From an uncultured Candidatus Rokubacteria bacterium (GTDB taxonomy: Bacteria; Methylomirabilota; Methylomirabilia; Rokubacteriales; DASRDR01), in contig CAWGVS010000006.1 in the NCBI GenBank assembly GCA_963826115.1, positions 1,024,001-1,088,000 on the forward strand: 64,000 nt of DNA, written 5' to 3'. This document shows, in pieces, positions 20,013-29,207 of the stretch (position 1 is its first letter; the number at the start of each line of letters is the position of its first letter). Both the position numbers and the translations under genes were made by a program. The notes below the pieces were generated by a model. It saw nothing but the letters and a program-made list of their open reading frames with translations, was not told where the DNA came from and did no database searches.

Positions 20013-21026
20013 ATGGGTGTCCGGTACGTCCTCCTCCGGGTGGCCGCTTCGGCCGCGATGGCCGTGGCGGCCACCCTGGTCGTCTTCGTCGTCGCCCACA
20101 CCGTCCCCGCGGATCCGGTCCTCGCCCAGCTGGGCGACAAGCAGTCGAGCAATCCGGAGACGGTCGCGCGGTTCCGCGCGCGCTGGGGGCTGGACCGGCC
20201 CCTCTACCAGCAGTACGGAATCTTCCTCGCCCGGCTCGCTCGCGGGGACCTCGGCGAGTCCATCGCGTCCCACCGGCCGGTGGTGGACGACATCCGCCAG
20301 TACGTGCCGGCGACGATCGAGCTCGCCACCGTCGCCGGGCTCCTCACCATCCTGGTGGGCGTGCCGCTCGGCGTCGTGGCCGCCGTCCGGCGGGACGGCG
20401 TCGTCGATCACCTGGCGCGGCTCCTCTGCCTGATCGGCGTGTCGGCGCCCACGTTCTGGCTCGCCTTCATCGTGCTCGCCCTCTTCTACGGAGGCCTCGA
20501 GATCGCGCCGTCGCCGGGACGGCTCGACGTGGGCGCGGGGGCGCCGCCGCACGTCACGGGCATGTTCGTCGTCGACGGGATCCTCGCGGGCGACTGGGAC
20601 ACCGCCCGGAGCGCGCTTGCCCACCTGGTCCTGCCGGCGGTGGTCCTGGCGATGGCGACCATCGGGATCGTGACCCGGACGACGCGGGCGGCGATGCTCG
20701 AGACGCTCGGCCAGGACTACGTGCGGACGGCCCGGGCGAAGGGCGTGACCGAGCGCGGCGTCGTGCGGCGCCACGCGTTCCCGAACGCGCTCCTGCCAAT
20801 CCTGACCCTGGCCGGTCTCGCCTACGCCGAGCTCCTCGCGGGCACCGTGCTGACCGAGACGATCTTCTCGTGGCCCGGCCTGGGGCGGTACATCTACCAG
20901 AGCGCGCTGGCGATCGACTTTCCCGCGATCATGGGCGTGACGTTCCTGGTGGCGCTGATGTACCTCGCGATCAACCTGGTCGTCGACATCGCGTACCTCT
21001 TCGCGGACCCGCGGGTGGCCCGCTGA
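20013..21026 (+). CDS. peptide ABC transporter permease (DppB/OppB-like)
   Basis: GDLGES, DYVRTARAKG, ETIFSWPGLG. Confidence 0.92.
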   Translation: MGVRYVLLRVAASAAMAVAATLVVFVVAHTVPADPVLAQLGDKQSSNPETVARFRARWGLDRPLYQQYGIFLARLARGDLGESIASHRPVVDDIRQYVPATIELATVAGLLTILVGVPLGVVAAVRRDGVVDHLARLLCLIGVSAPTFWLAFIVLALFYGGLEIAPSPGRLDVGAGAPPHVTGMFVVDGILAGDWDTARSALAHLVLPAVVLAMATIGIVTRTTRAAMLETLGQDYVRTARAKGVTERGVVRRHAFPNALLPILTLAGLAYAELLAGTVLTETIFSWPGLGRYIYQSALAIDFPAIMGVTFLVALMYLAINLVVDIAYLFADPRVAR

Positions 21027-21889
21027 TGTCGGCCCAGGCCCTGGCGATGGCCGCGCCGGCGCGCCCCGCGCGCCGCTGGGGCGGGACGTGGACGATCGGC
21101 CTCGCCGGCGCGGCCGTCATCCTCCTCTGGAGCGCGATCGCCGTGCTCGCCCCGCGCCTCGCGCCCCACTCGCCGCGGCAGGTGGACGTGCTCGCGCGGC
21201 TCAAGCCCCCGTCGGCCGAGCATCCCTTCGGGACGGACTCGCTCGGCCGCGACGTGCTCTCGCGCGTCCTGGTCGGCGCGCGCGTGTCGCTGCCGGCGGG
21301 GCTGGTCGTCGTGCTGCTGGCGGCCGCCTTCGGCACGGTCTACGGCGGCGTGGCGGCGTACGCCGGGAGGACCACGGAGGAGGTCCAGATGCGCGTCACG
21401 GACCTCTTCCTGTCGTTCCCGCCGCTGCTCCTCGCGATGGCGATCGCGGCCGGCCTCGGCAAGGGCGTGCTCAACACCATCGTGGCGATGGCCATCGTGT
21501 GGTGGCCGAAGTACGCGCGACTGGCGCGGAGCCTGGTCCTGGTCCAGCGGTCCCTCGAGTACGTCGAGGCGGCGCGCGCCCTCGGTCAGGGCGCGGGCCG
21601 GACGCTGCTCCGCCACATCGTCCCGAACGCCGTCGGACCGGTGGTCGCGCTCCTCGCCCTCGACGTCGGCAACGCGATGATCACGTTCGCCGGGCTGTCC
21701 TTCCTGGGGCTCGGGGTCGTGCCGCCCACGCCGGAGTGGGGCGCGATGGTGTCCGAGGGTCAGGTCCTGATCGACCAGTGGTGGGTCTCGACCTTCCCGG
21801 GGCTCGCGATCTTCACCGTGGTGGTCGGCTTCAACTTCGTGGGCGACGCGCTCCGGGACTGGCTCGATCCGCGCGGCCAGCGGGGCTGA
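21026..21889 (+). CDS. peptide ABC transporter permease (DppC/OppC-like)
   Basis: HPFGTDSLGRDVLSR, EYVEAARALG, LSFLGLG, PEWG. Confidence 0.92.
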   Translation: MSAQALAMAAPARPARRWGGTWTIGLAGAAVILLWSAIAVLAPRLAPHSPRQVDVLARLKPPSAEHPFGTDSLGRDVLSRVLVGARVSLPAGLVVVLLAAAFGTVYGGVAAYAGRTTEEVQMRVTDLFLSFPPLLLAMAIAAGLGKGVLNTIVAMAIVWWPKYARLARSLVLVQRSLEYVEAARALGQGAGRTLLRHIVPNAVGPVVALLALDVGNAMITFAGLSFLGLGVVPPTPEWGAMVSEGQVLIDQWWVSTFPGLAIFTVVVGFNFVGDALRDWLDPRGQRG

Positions 21890-21907
21890 GAGGGGAGGGA
21901 CGGCGCG

Positions 21908-23071
21908 ATGCAGGCCAGGGTCGTCGTGATCGGCGGGGGCGCGTTCGGCGCGAGCTGCTTCTACCACCTCACCCAGCGCGGGGTCGGGGACGTCCTGCTC
22001 CTCGAGCAGGCCACGCTCGGCTCCGGCTCCACCGGGCGGTCGGCGGCGGTCGTGGAGACGCAGTACCTCGCCGCGGACCAGATCGCGCTCTGCGCGTGGT
22101 CGATCCGCCTGTTCCAGCGACTCGAGCGCGAGCACGGCCTCCCGTTCGTCCACCACGGGTACCTCCGCCTCGGCCGCTCCGCGGCGGACCTCACCGGCTT
22201 CCACGAGAGCGTACGCCTCCAGCGGGCGCACGGGCTCACCGACGCGCGCGTCGTCGAGCCCCGGGAGATCGCGCGCATCGTGCCGCCGCTTCGGGTGGAC
22301 GATCTCGCCGGCGCCCTGTGGGGGCCGACGGACGGCTACGTGGACGCGGTGCGCTACTGCGAGCTGCTCACGGGTATCGGCCGGGCTGCCGGTGGCCGCG
22401 TCCTCCAGGGCCGGCGCGCGCGCGGCGTGCGGCTCCGCGGGGCCCGCGTCGCCGGCGTCGAGACGGACGGCGAGGTCGTCGAGTGCGAGACGGTGGTCAA
22501 CGCGAGCGGCGCGTGGGCCCGCCGCTTCGGCGAGACGCTGGGGCTCGCGCTGCCCGTCGACGGCTACCGGCGGCAGCTGGTCCAGTTCGAGCCGCTCCAG
22601 CCGTTCGCGACGCCCGTTCCGATGGTGATCGACTACGTGCCGGGCGTGGAGCGGGAGGGGCTCTACTTCCGGGACGACACGCCGTCCCGGATCGTGGCCG
22701 GCCTCCACTGGGAAGTGCACGGCGACGTCGAGCGTCCGAGCGACCCCGACGCGTTTCGCCAGGCGGTCGATTGGGACTACGCTGAGCGCGTGGCGGAAGC
22801 GCTGGCCGCCCGGTACCGCGGCGCCGCGGATTTCCGCGTGACCGGGGGCTGGGCGGGGCTCTACCCGCTCACGCCCGACACGCGCCCGATCGTGGGCCCG
22901 ACGCCGGGGATCGAAGGGCTCTACCAGGCCCTCGGGGGCGGCGGCGTGGGGGTGCAGATCTCGCCTGCCATCGGCGCGATCGTCGCCGACCTCGTGGCCA
23001 CCGGCGAGACCCGGGTCATGCCGGACTGGGAGCGCTACCGGCTCGAGCGGTTCGGGGCCGCCGGCGCCTGA
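21908..23071 (+). CDS. FAD-dependent oxidoreductase (DAO/sarcosine oxidase beta family)
   Basis: IGGGAFG, SGSTGRSA, GWAGLYPLTPDTRPIVG. Confidence 0.9.
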   Translation: MQARVVVIGGGAFGASCFYHLTQRGVGDVLLLEQATLGSGSTGRSAAVVETQYLAADQIALCAWSIRLFQRLEREHGLPFVHHGYLRLGRSAADLTGFHESVRLQRAHGLTDARVVEPREIARIVPPLRVDDLAGALWGPTDGYVDAVRYCELLTGIGRAAGGRVLQGRRARGVRLRGARVAGVETDGEVVECETVVNASGAWARRFGETLGLALPVDGYRRQLVQFEPLQPFATPVPMVIDYVPGVEREGLYFRDDTPSRIVAGLHWEVHGDVERPSDPDAFRQAVDWDYAERVAEALAARYRGAADFRVTGGWAGLYPLTPDTRPIVGPTPGIEGLYQALGGGGVGVQISPAIGAIVADLVATGETRVMPDWERYRLERFGAAGA

Positions 23072-23160
23072 GCGGGAGGGTCGAGCCCGGCTCGACACGG
23101 TCCCGCGTTCGGCCTATCCTGGCGCCCGGAAACGCGGCAGCCGCCGCGGAGGAGGCGACC

Positions 23161-23415
23161 ATGATGCACCTTCTGGGTCAGGCGCTGTTCGGTCTCGTCG
23201 TCGGCGCGCTCGCCAAGCTGATCATGCCCGGGCAGGATCCCGGCGGGATCGTCGTCACCATGCTCATCGGACTGGTCGGATCCATGCTGGGGACGTTCGT
23301 CGGCCGGTCCCTGTGGGGCGGCGTGGACTACTCGGCGGGCTGGATCACGTCGATCCTGGGCGCGATCGTGCTCCTCGCCATCTACCGGGCGGTGAAGAAG
23401 AAGCAGGCGGCCTAG
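23161..23415 (+). CDS. GlsB/YeaQ/YmgE family transglycosylase-associated membrane protein
   Basis: GLVVGALAKLIMPGQDPGG...SILGAIVLLAIYR; RBS GGAGGAGG. Confidence 0.9.
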   Translation: MMHLLGQALFGLVVGALAKLIMPGQDPGGIVVTMLIGLVGSMLGTFVGRSLWGGVDYSAGWITSILGAIVLLAIYRAVKKKQAA

Positions 23416-23462
23416 ACCCGACTCCGTCGGGGCCGAGCGCTCGCGCGCCCCGGCGCACGCCG

Positions 23463-24446
23463 TCAGCGGTTCACGCGGGGCAGGACCTCGCGGATCACGC
23501 GGTCGAGCTGGCCAACCTGGTCCCAGGCGGTGAGCCGGAGCGTGATCCGCTCCACGCCCGTCCCGCGGAAGCGCCGCAGGTTCTCCGCGCACTCCTCGGG
23601 GCTCCCGAGCGCCGTCCAGGCCTCGATGCGGGCGCGCGTGTAGTCGGACGAGTAGTAGAGGTCGAGGAAGCGCTTCGTTTCGGCCACCGCGGCCTCGCGG
23701 TCCTCGTTGACGTTGATGTTGTGGTAGAGGCAGTTCCCGAGCCGGTCGGGATCGCGGCCTTCCTCCCGGGCGTATCGCCGGATCGTGCTCCAGTACTCGG
23801 CGAAGACGTCGGGGCGCAGGCTGTGGGTCTGCCAGCCGTCGGCGAAGCGCGCGACGCGACGGAGCGCGCGCTCGATCCGCGGCGGCTCCGGCTTGATGGT
23901 CCACGGATTGTTCGCGAGCCAGATGGGGCAGGGCTGCTGGAGCGGCTTCGGCTCGAGGGTCACGCGCTCGAACTGGAAGAACTGCCCGCGGTGCGTCACT
24001 TCGTCCTCGCGCCAGAGCCGCCGGAGGATGGTCACGTGCTCCTCGAGCCGGCGCTGGCGCTCGGCGACCGGCACCCCGACGGCGCGCGCTTCGGCGTCCC
24101 AGTCGCCGGCGCTACCGCCTCCGGCGCACACGATGAGGATCGTGCGCCCCTCGGCGATCCGGTCGAGGCTCGCCCACTCGTAGGCGAACACCAGCGGGTT
24201 GCGGAGGGGGAAGCTCGCCAGGCAGGCCGGCCCGAGCCGCACGCGTCGCGTGCGGCCGGCGATGGCGGCGAGCAGGGTGACGGCGTCGAGGCGCGGCTTG
24301 GCGAACAGGGAGTCGCCCACCCACACCGAGTCGAAGAGGCCGGATGCCTCGGCGCGGTCGGCCAGATCGAGCAGCTGGGCCGGCGTCGTGAGCCCCAGCA
24401 TCACGCCCCGGTTCGGCAGGGTCAGTCCGAATGCGAGCGCGGTCAT
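23463..24446 (-). CDS. LLM class flavin-dependent oxidoreductase
   Basis: FDSVWVGDS, LAAIAGRTRRVRLG, PKPLQQP.PIW. Confidence 0.88.
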   Translation of the reverse strand: MTALAFGLTLPNRGVMLGLTTPAQLLDLADRAEASGLFDSVWVGDSLFAKPRLDAVTLLAAIAGRTRRVRLGPACLASFPLRNPLVFAYEWASLDRIAEGRTILIVCAGGGSAGDWDAEARAVGVPVAERQRRLEEHVTILRRLWREDEVTHRGQFFQFERVTLEPKPLQQPCPIWLANNPWTIKPEPPRIERALRRVARFADGWQTHSLRPDVFAEYWSTIRRYAREEGRDPDRLGNCLYHNINVNEDREAAVAETKRFLDLYYSSDYTRARIEAWTALGSPEECAENLRRFRGTGVERITLRLTAWDQVGQLDRVIREVLPRVNR

Positions 24447-24500
24447 GACCGGGAGAATAGAGCAGGAAGGAGATCGCCTCAACCTGCGTGGCGCGGCGCC

Positions 24501-24529
24501 TTGACGCGCGCGAGCTTCGTCACTAGGTT
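24501..24529 (+). promoter_or_regulatory. putative sigma-70 promoter (divergent partner TTGAGG-17-TATTCT on the minus strand)
   Basis: TTGACG-17 bp-TAGGTT. Confidence 0.5.
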
Positions 24530-24548
24530 GGGCCGAGGTGAGGCTCGG

Positions 24549-25871
24549 ATGAACGGGTGGGCGACGCGTCGTCGGCTCGTCGGGGCGGTCCTGGCGCTCG
24601 GGCTGGGCCTCGTCCCGGTGGGCGGCGAGGCCCAGGTGTTCTTCGCCAGCCGACCCCACCCGGAGTTCGCGATCGGGCCCCTCCTGGTCGTCGCGGGCGT
24701 CCGCCCCGACCTGGGCCCGGTCTCCGTGCGGATCTCCTTCGGGCTGACGCTCCAGCCGGGCGCGCGCGTGGAAGACGTGCAGCAGGAGCTCTATCTCCTG
24801 TGGCCGGCGGAGGTGGCCGGCGGATCGGCGCCCGGGGCCCCGGACCCGACCCTCCGCGCGTACGTCGAGCAGCGCGGCTTCGCGGTCGTCAGCGAGGGGC
24901 GGCTCGCGCTCGCGGTCCGTGACCGGGCGAAGCTCGGCACGCCAGCGCCGAGCGACCCGCTGCCCGAGTCGGCGCCGTTCGTGACCTTCTACAAGCTCGG
25001 CACGAACCCGGTGCAGTCGGGGGTGGGGACGCTGGTCCGGATCGCCTGGACGCCGCGGCTCGTCGACCCGAGCGGGCTCCTGAGCATCTCGACGACCCTC
25101 AAGGACCTCATCACCCCGAAGGCCGCCACGTGGCTCGAGGAGCTCTTCTGGGGGCGCCGCCACGTCCTGAGCCTGAGCGCCGGGAGCGCCGGCTCGCTCG
25201 CGCTCTACTCCATCCTCCTCGACCAGCGCGACCGGGTGATCCGGCTGTCCCGGGACTTCTCCATCCTTGCCGCCGAGTTCGCCGACTCCGACCACCTGCG
25301 GATCGAGGAGATCAGCCCGGCCGCCGCCACACGCCGGCCCAGCCGGGTGCGGGCGGGGGCCGAGACCGTCGGCCTCGCGCTCGGCTCCGCCGAGGGGCTG
25401 GTGCCGCAGGTCCTGACCGTGCGCTTCAGCTACTTCAACGGCTGGATCGCGTGGCGGCCCATCCTCGTGTCGATCCTGGCGCTGATCCTCGGGAACCTCA
25501 TGGGCGCGTTCATGTTCACGCGCGAGGTCGCGCGCCTCTTCCGGCGCTGGTTCCACGTCGAGCGGCGCGGCGCCCACGGACCGACCAACGGCATCGTGCT
25601 CGAGGAGGTCCTCGCCCGCATCGTCCCGGGGCGGACGACGCGAGCCGAGGTGATCGACTGGTGCGGGCCGCCGGCCGAGGAGCGCACCCGGGTCGGGTCG
25701 GGCGAGCAGCGGACGCTCCTCTACCGGGGCCTTCGGCGGCTGCCGCGGCGGCGGTTCCGGGTCGGGCGCGTCGCGACCGTGAGCCGCTGGGACGAGGAGC
25801 ACCAGGAGGTCGCGATCGGCCTCGTGGACGGGCGCGTCAGCGACGTGGAGACCCGCGTCCGTTCATCGTGA
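24549..25871 (+). CDS. hypothetical exported/membrane protein with C-terminal SmpA/OmlA-like motif
   Basis: Signal peptide, TM helix (WRPILVSILALILGNLMG), IVPGRTTRAEVIDWCGPP. Confidence 0.7.
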   Translation: MNGWATRRRLVGAVLALGLGLVPVGGEAQVFFASRPHPEFAIGPLLVVAGVRPDLGPVSVRISFGLTLQPGARVEDVQQELYLLWPAEVAGGSAPGAPDPTLRAYVEQRGFAVVSEGRLALAVRDRAKLGTPAPSDPLPESAPFVTFYKLGTNPVQSGVGTLVRIAWTPRLVDPSGLLSISTTLKDLITPKAATWLEELFWGRRHVLSLSAGSAGSLALYSILLDQRDRVIRLSRDFSILAAEFADSDHLRIEEISPAAATRRPSRVRAGAETVGLALGSAEGLVPQVLTVRFSYFNGWIAWRPILVSILALILGNLMGAFMFTREVARLFRRWFHVERRGAHGPTNGIVLEEVLARIVPGRTTRAEVIDWCGPPAEERTRVGSGEQRTLLYRGLRRLPRRRFRVGRVATVSRWDEEHQEVAIGLVDGRVSDVETRVRSS

Positions 25872-25938
25872 TCGCCCGCCGGGCCGATGGCGTAGCCTCG
25901 TCGCCGCCCCGCGCGCCGCTGCTCGGGAGGCCCGCGAT

Positions 25939-25967
25939 TTGACACGCCCCGTCGCGGTTGTTAGCCT
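25939..25967 (+). promoter_or_regulatory. sigma-70 promoter for a probable leaderless KamA-family mRNA
   Basis: TTGACA-17 bp-TAGCCT, 7 nt before ATG 25975. Confidence 0.65.
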
Positions 25968-25974
25968 CCCTGCC

Positions 25975-27060
25975 ATGCCGAGACCGCACGGGATCCCCGA
26001 GGCCCAGTGGCGCGACTGGGTGTGGCAGATGCAGGAGCGCGTGCGCAGCGCCAAGGACCTCGAGCGCTACATCAACCCGACCGAGGACGAGCGCCGCGCG
26101 ATCGAGGCCCTCGCGGAGCGCTTCCGCTTCGTCATCACGCCCTACTACGCGTCGCTCATGGATCCCGACGACCCGGCCTGCCCCATCCGGAAGCAGGTCG
26201 TGCCGCGGACCGTGGAGCTCGACGACCCCGCGGGCGTGGCCGACCCGCTCGACGAGGTGGCCCACTCGCCGGTGAAGAACGTGATCCGCGTCTACCCGGA
26301 CCGGATCGCGTTCTGCGTCAACAACGAGTGCGCGCTGTACTGCCGGTTCTGTCTCCGCAAGCGCATGGTCGGGGACGAAGAGTGGATCATGAAGAAGCGC
26401 GAGCTCGAGGTCGGGCTCGACTGGATCCGCCGGACTCCCGAGATCCGCGACGTGCTCCTCACCGGAGGCGACCCGCTCGTGTTCTCCGACGAGAAGCTCG
26501 AGTGGCTCATCGCCGAGCTCCGGCGCATCCCCCACGTCGAGGTGGTGCGGCTCGGGACGCGGCTTCCGGTGACGCTGCCGTTCCGCGTGACCGACGCGCT
26601 CTGCCGAATGCTGGAGCGGTACCACCCCATCTGGGTGAACACGCACTTCAACCATCCGAAGGAGCTGACGCCCGAGGCCGCCGAGGCGGCGGACCGCCTG
26701 CTCCGCGCGGGGATCCCCGTCGGCAACCAGAGCGTGCTCCTCGGCGGGATCAACGACGACGCGACGACGATGAAGGCGCTCTGCGAGGGCCTGGTCCGGA
26801 TGCGCATCCGCCCGTACTACTGCTACCAGGCCCAGCTGCTCGAGGGCACCGCCCATTTCCGCGTGCCGGTGGAACGGGGCGTCGAGATCTTCCGCGAGCT
26901 CCGGGGCCGGACGAGCGGCTTCGCGATCCCCACCTACGTCCTCGACACGCCCTACGGCAAGGTGCCGCTCGGTTACCCGTACCTCCGCGGGCGCGACGGC
27001 GACCACGTGGTCGTCGAGGCGTGGGACGGCCGCATCTGGCGGGAGCTCAACCCCGCCTAG
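25975..27060 (+). CDS. KamA family radical SAM aminomutase
   Basis: WRDWVWQ, ITPYY, CALYCRFC, LLTGGDPL, NTHFNHPKE, NQSVLL, PYY. Confidence 0.92.
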   Translation: MPRPHGIPEAQWRDWVWQMQERVRSAKDLERYINPTEDERRAIEALAERFRFVITPYYASLMDPDDPACPIRKQVVPRTVELDDPAGVADPLDEVAHSPVKNVIRVYPDRIAFCVNNECALYCRFCLRKRMVGDEEWIMKKRELEVGLDWIRRTPEIRDVLLTGGDPLVFSDEKLEWLIAELRRIPHVEVVRLGTRLPVTLPFRVTDALCRMLERYHPIWVNTHFNHPKELTPEAAEAADRLLRAGIPVGNQSVLLGGINDDATTMKALCEGLVRMRIRPYYCYQAQLLEGTAHFRVPVERGVEIFRELRGRTSGFAIPTYVLDTPYGKVPLGYPYLRGRDGDHVVVEAWDGRIWRELNPA

Positions 27061-27126
27061 AGATCGAACTCCGGCTCGACGCCGTCCGGGCGGCGTCATC
27101 AAAGTTAAGGCCTGACCCGATCGGAG

Positions 27127-27558
27127 CTAGCGGTCGGGAGGGGGGCGGCGGCCGTCGACGCGGTAGCGCCGGTAGTCGGCGAGGATCAGCCCGTGGTCGA
27201 AGGCGAGCGGCGCGGGCAGGGCGTCGACCGGGAACACACGGGCCTCCGCGGCGTCGTCGGCGCCCGCCGGCATCCCGCGCGCCCGCCCGATGAAGACCGC
27301 GCTCAGCGTCGGCCCGCGCGGATCCCGCGCGGGGTCGGCGTAGACGTGGAACAGCTCGCGGAGCTCGACCTCGAGACCCGTCTCCTCCCGGAGCTCACGT
27401 CGCGCGGCGGCGGCCGCGCTCTCCCCGGCCTCGATGAACCCGCCGGGGAGCGCCCAGCCGGGCGGCGGGTACTTCCGACGCACGAGGACGATGCCGCCGT
27501 CCGGCATCTCCGCGATCACGTCGACCGTCGGGAGCGGCCCGCGCGGCGGCGGGCTCAG
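27127..27558 (-). CDS. NUDIX hydrolase (start uncertain; possibly CTG)
   Basis: Nudix box GGFIEAGES...RELREETGL, RDPR, LAFDH. Confidence 0.88.
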   Translation of the reverse strand: MSPPPRGPLPTVDVIAEMPDGGIVLVRRKYPPPGWALPGGFIEAGESAAAAARRELREETGLEVELRELFHVYADPARDPRGPTLSAVFIGRARGMPAGADDAAEARVFPVDALPAPLAFDHGLILADYRRYRVDGRRPPPDR

Positions 27559-29120
27559 AGGAGACGCTCGATGGCGTCCAGGATCTTCTGCTCGACCGAG
27601 GACTCCGGCGTCGGGAGGAGCTTCCGCTCCTTCGCCCAGAAGATGCGCTGCTCCTCGAAGACGTCGCGCCGCACGGAGATGGACGTCTCGCTGCTCGAGA
27701 CGGACCGCACCACGACGCTCACCGTGTGCCGCGTGCCCTCCGCATACACGACGAAGTCCTTGAAGGTCACGTTCCGCGGCTCGGTGCGGATGACGCCCGT
27801 CGCGTGGTCCGCGGAGTCGATGTCCCAGCCGAGGCTCTTCAGGACGGACTGGGCGACCAGCCAGCTCCGCTCCTGCGTGGCAGGGAACACGCGCACGAAC
27901 TGACCGTCGGGCCCTCGGGTGACGGGCGACGGGAGGGACGCCGTCGTCGTCGGCGCGGGCGCCGGGGCGTCAGGCGCCGGAGACTCGGCCGGCGGGGGGG
28001 CGATGGGCGCCGGCGGCGCGGCGGCCTGGAGCTTGGGCATCTCGCCGACCAGCACGAGGTTGTCCGAAGGCTCGCGCGCGCCTCCCTGGCGCTCCACGGT
28101 CACGCCGAAGATGTCCGGCGACCACGTCGAGCGAGGCGGCGAGACGCGCAGCGTGCCCGCGCCTTGCGCGTCCACCGCCAGGAGCCCGGCCGAGACGCGG
28201 TTGCCCAGGTCGATGCTCCCGAGCCACAGCTGGTACGTGCGTCCGGCGGGCGGCTGAGGGAGGCCGGACACGACGAGCGTTCCGCCGCCGAGGGGCTCCC
28301 ACAGGAGCTGGCCCCGCGCCCGGGGCGCCGATCCGACCGCCACGAGCGAGACCACGCGCGCGCCCGCCGCGGGAATGGCGGTGCCCGGATCCGTCCGTGC
28401 GCTGAGGAGCTTCGGCGGGCTCGTGGCCGGCCGCTCGGTCGCGGCCGGGGGCTCGGGTCGGGTCGCGGTCTTGGGCGGCGGGGGAGCTGCCGGGTCGGGC
28501 GCCCGCTTCGCGACCGGCGCGGGAGTCGCCACCGGGGCCGGCTCGGGCGTGCGCGCCGCGGGAGGCGCCGTTACCGCGTTCGTCACGCGCTCGGGTGCCG
28601 GTGTCGGCAACGGCGCGGGCGGCGCTGACTGGGCTTCGACCGGCGCGGGCGCGGGCACCGGAGCCGCCGCCGTCGGAGCGGGAAGCGGGTTCTCCGGGCC
28701 TGGCGGCTTCGCGGCCACGCTCGCGCGGGACGGCATCCACGCCTGGCGCGAGACGATGGCGAGCCCCGTGATCGCGCCCAGGACGACGACCGCGGCGAAG
28801 ACGAACGACTGGGACCGCACCGGCGCGCGCCGCCGAGCCATTGCCCGCGCGCGTGACGCGCTGGCCGCCGGCTGCTCGCGGCTCGGGCTCCGCCCCGCGG
28901 ACGGCTCGTGGGCCTCGAGCGCGCTGGCCGCCGGCTGCTCGCGGCCCGGGCTCCGCTCCCCGGGCGGCTCGTGGGCCTGGAGCGCGCTGGCCGCCGGCTG
29001 CTCGCGGCTCGGGCTCCGCCCCGCGGACGGCTCGTGGGCCTGGAGCGCCTCGCCGCACTGGTGGCAGAACGCGGAGCCCTCGGGATAGTCGCGGCGGCAG
29101 TGGAAGCATCGCATCGTCAT
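27555..29120 (-). CDS. zinc-ribbon, single-TM protein with RskA-like anti-sigma domain and an extra C-terminal domain
   Basis: CFHC...FCHQCG, TM helix, Pro/Ala linker, GLPQPPAGRTYQLW...FGVTVE..GG..PS. Confidence 0.7.
   Translation of the reverse strand: MTMRCFHCRRDYPEGSAFCHQCGEALQAHEPSAGRSPSREQPAASALQAHEPPGERSPGREQPAASALEAHEPSAGRSPSREQPAASASRARAMARRRAPVRSQSFVFAAVVVLGAITGLAIVSRQAWMPSRASVAAKPPGPENPLPAPTAAAPVPAPAPVEAQSAPPAPLPTPAPERVTNAVTAPPAARTPEPAPVATPAPVAKRAPDPAAPPPPKTATRPEPPAATERPATSPPKLLSARTDPGTAIPAAGARVVSLVAVGSAPRARGQLLWEPLGGGTLVVSGLPQPPAGRTYQLWLGSIDLGNRVSAGLLAVDAQGAGTLRVSPPRSTWSPDIFGVTVERQGGAREPSDNLVLVGEMPKLQAAAPPAPIAPPPAESPAPDAPAPAPTTTASLPSPVTRGPDGQFVRVFPATQERSWLVAQSVLKSLGWDIDSADHATGVIRTEPRNVTFKDFVVYAEGTRHTVSVVVRSVSSSETSISVRRDVFEEQRIFWAKERKLLPTPESSVEQKILDAIERLL
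28858..29048. repeat. 63-bp in-frame tandem repeat, 3 copies
   Basis: Units start at 28858, 28921 and 28984; they encode AL(Q/E)AHEP...RSP.REQPAAS. Confidence 0.9.
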
Positions 29121-29207
29121 ACGAATCTACGATAGGGGGCCTGGTTTCCCGGCGTCAAGTTCGCCGGTCCCCGCGACACGTTGGGAACGGGCGAAATTCC
29201 CCGGTCG

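Noticed and set aside
6695-27060. DHS-like plus KamA-like genes as an EF-P/eIF5A modification system
   Set aside because: They are about 18 kb apart in separate units, with no efp or epmA present.
28858-29048. 63-bp repeats as a CRISPR array
   Set aside because: No unique spacers, in frame within a CDS, and no cas genes.
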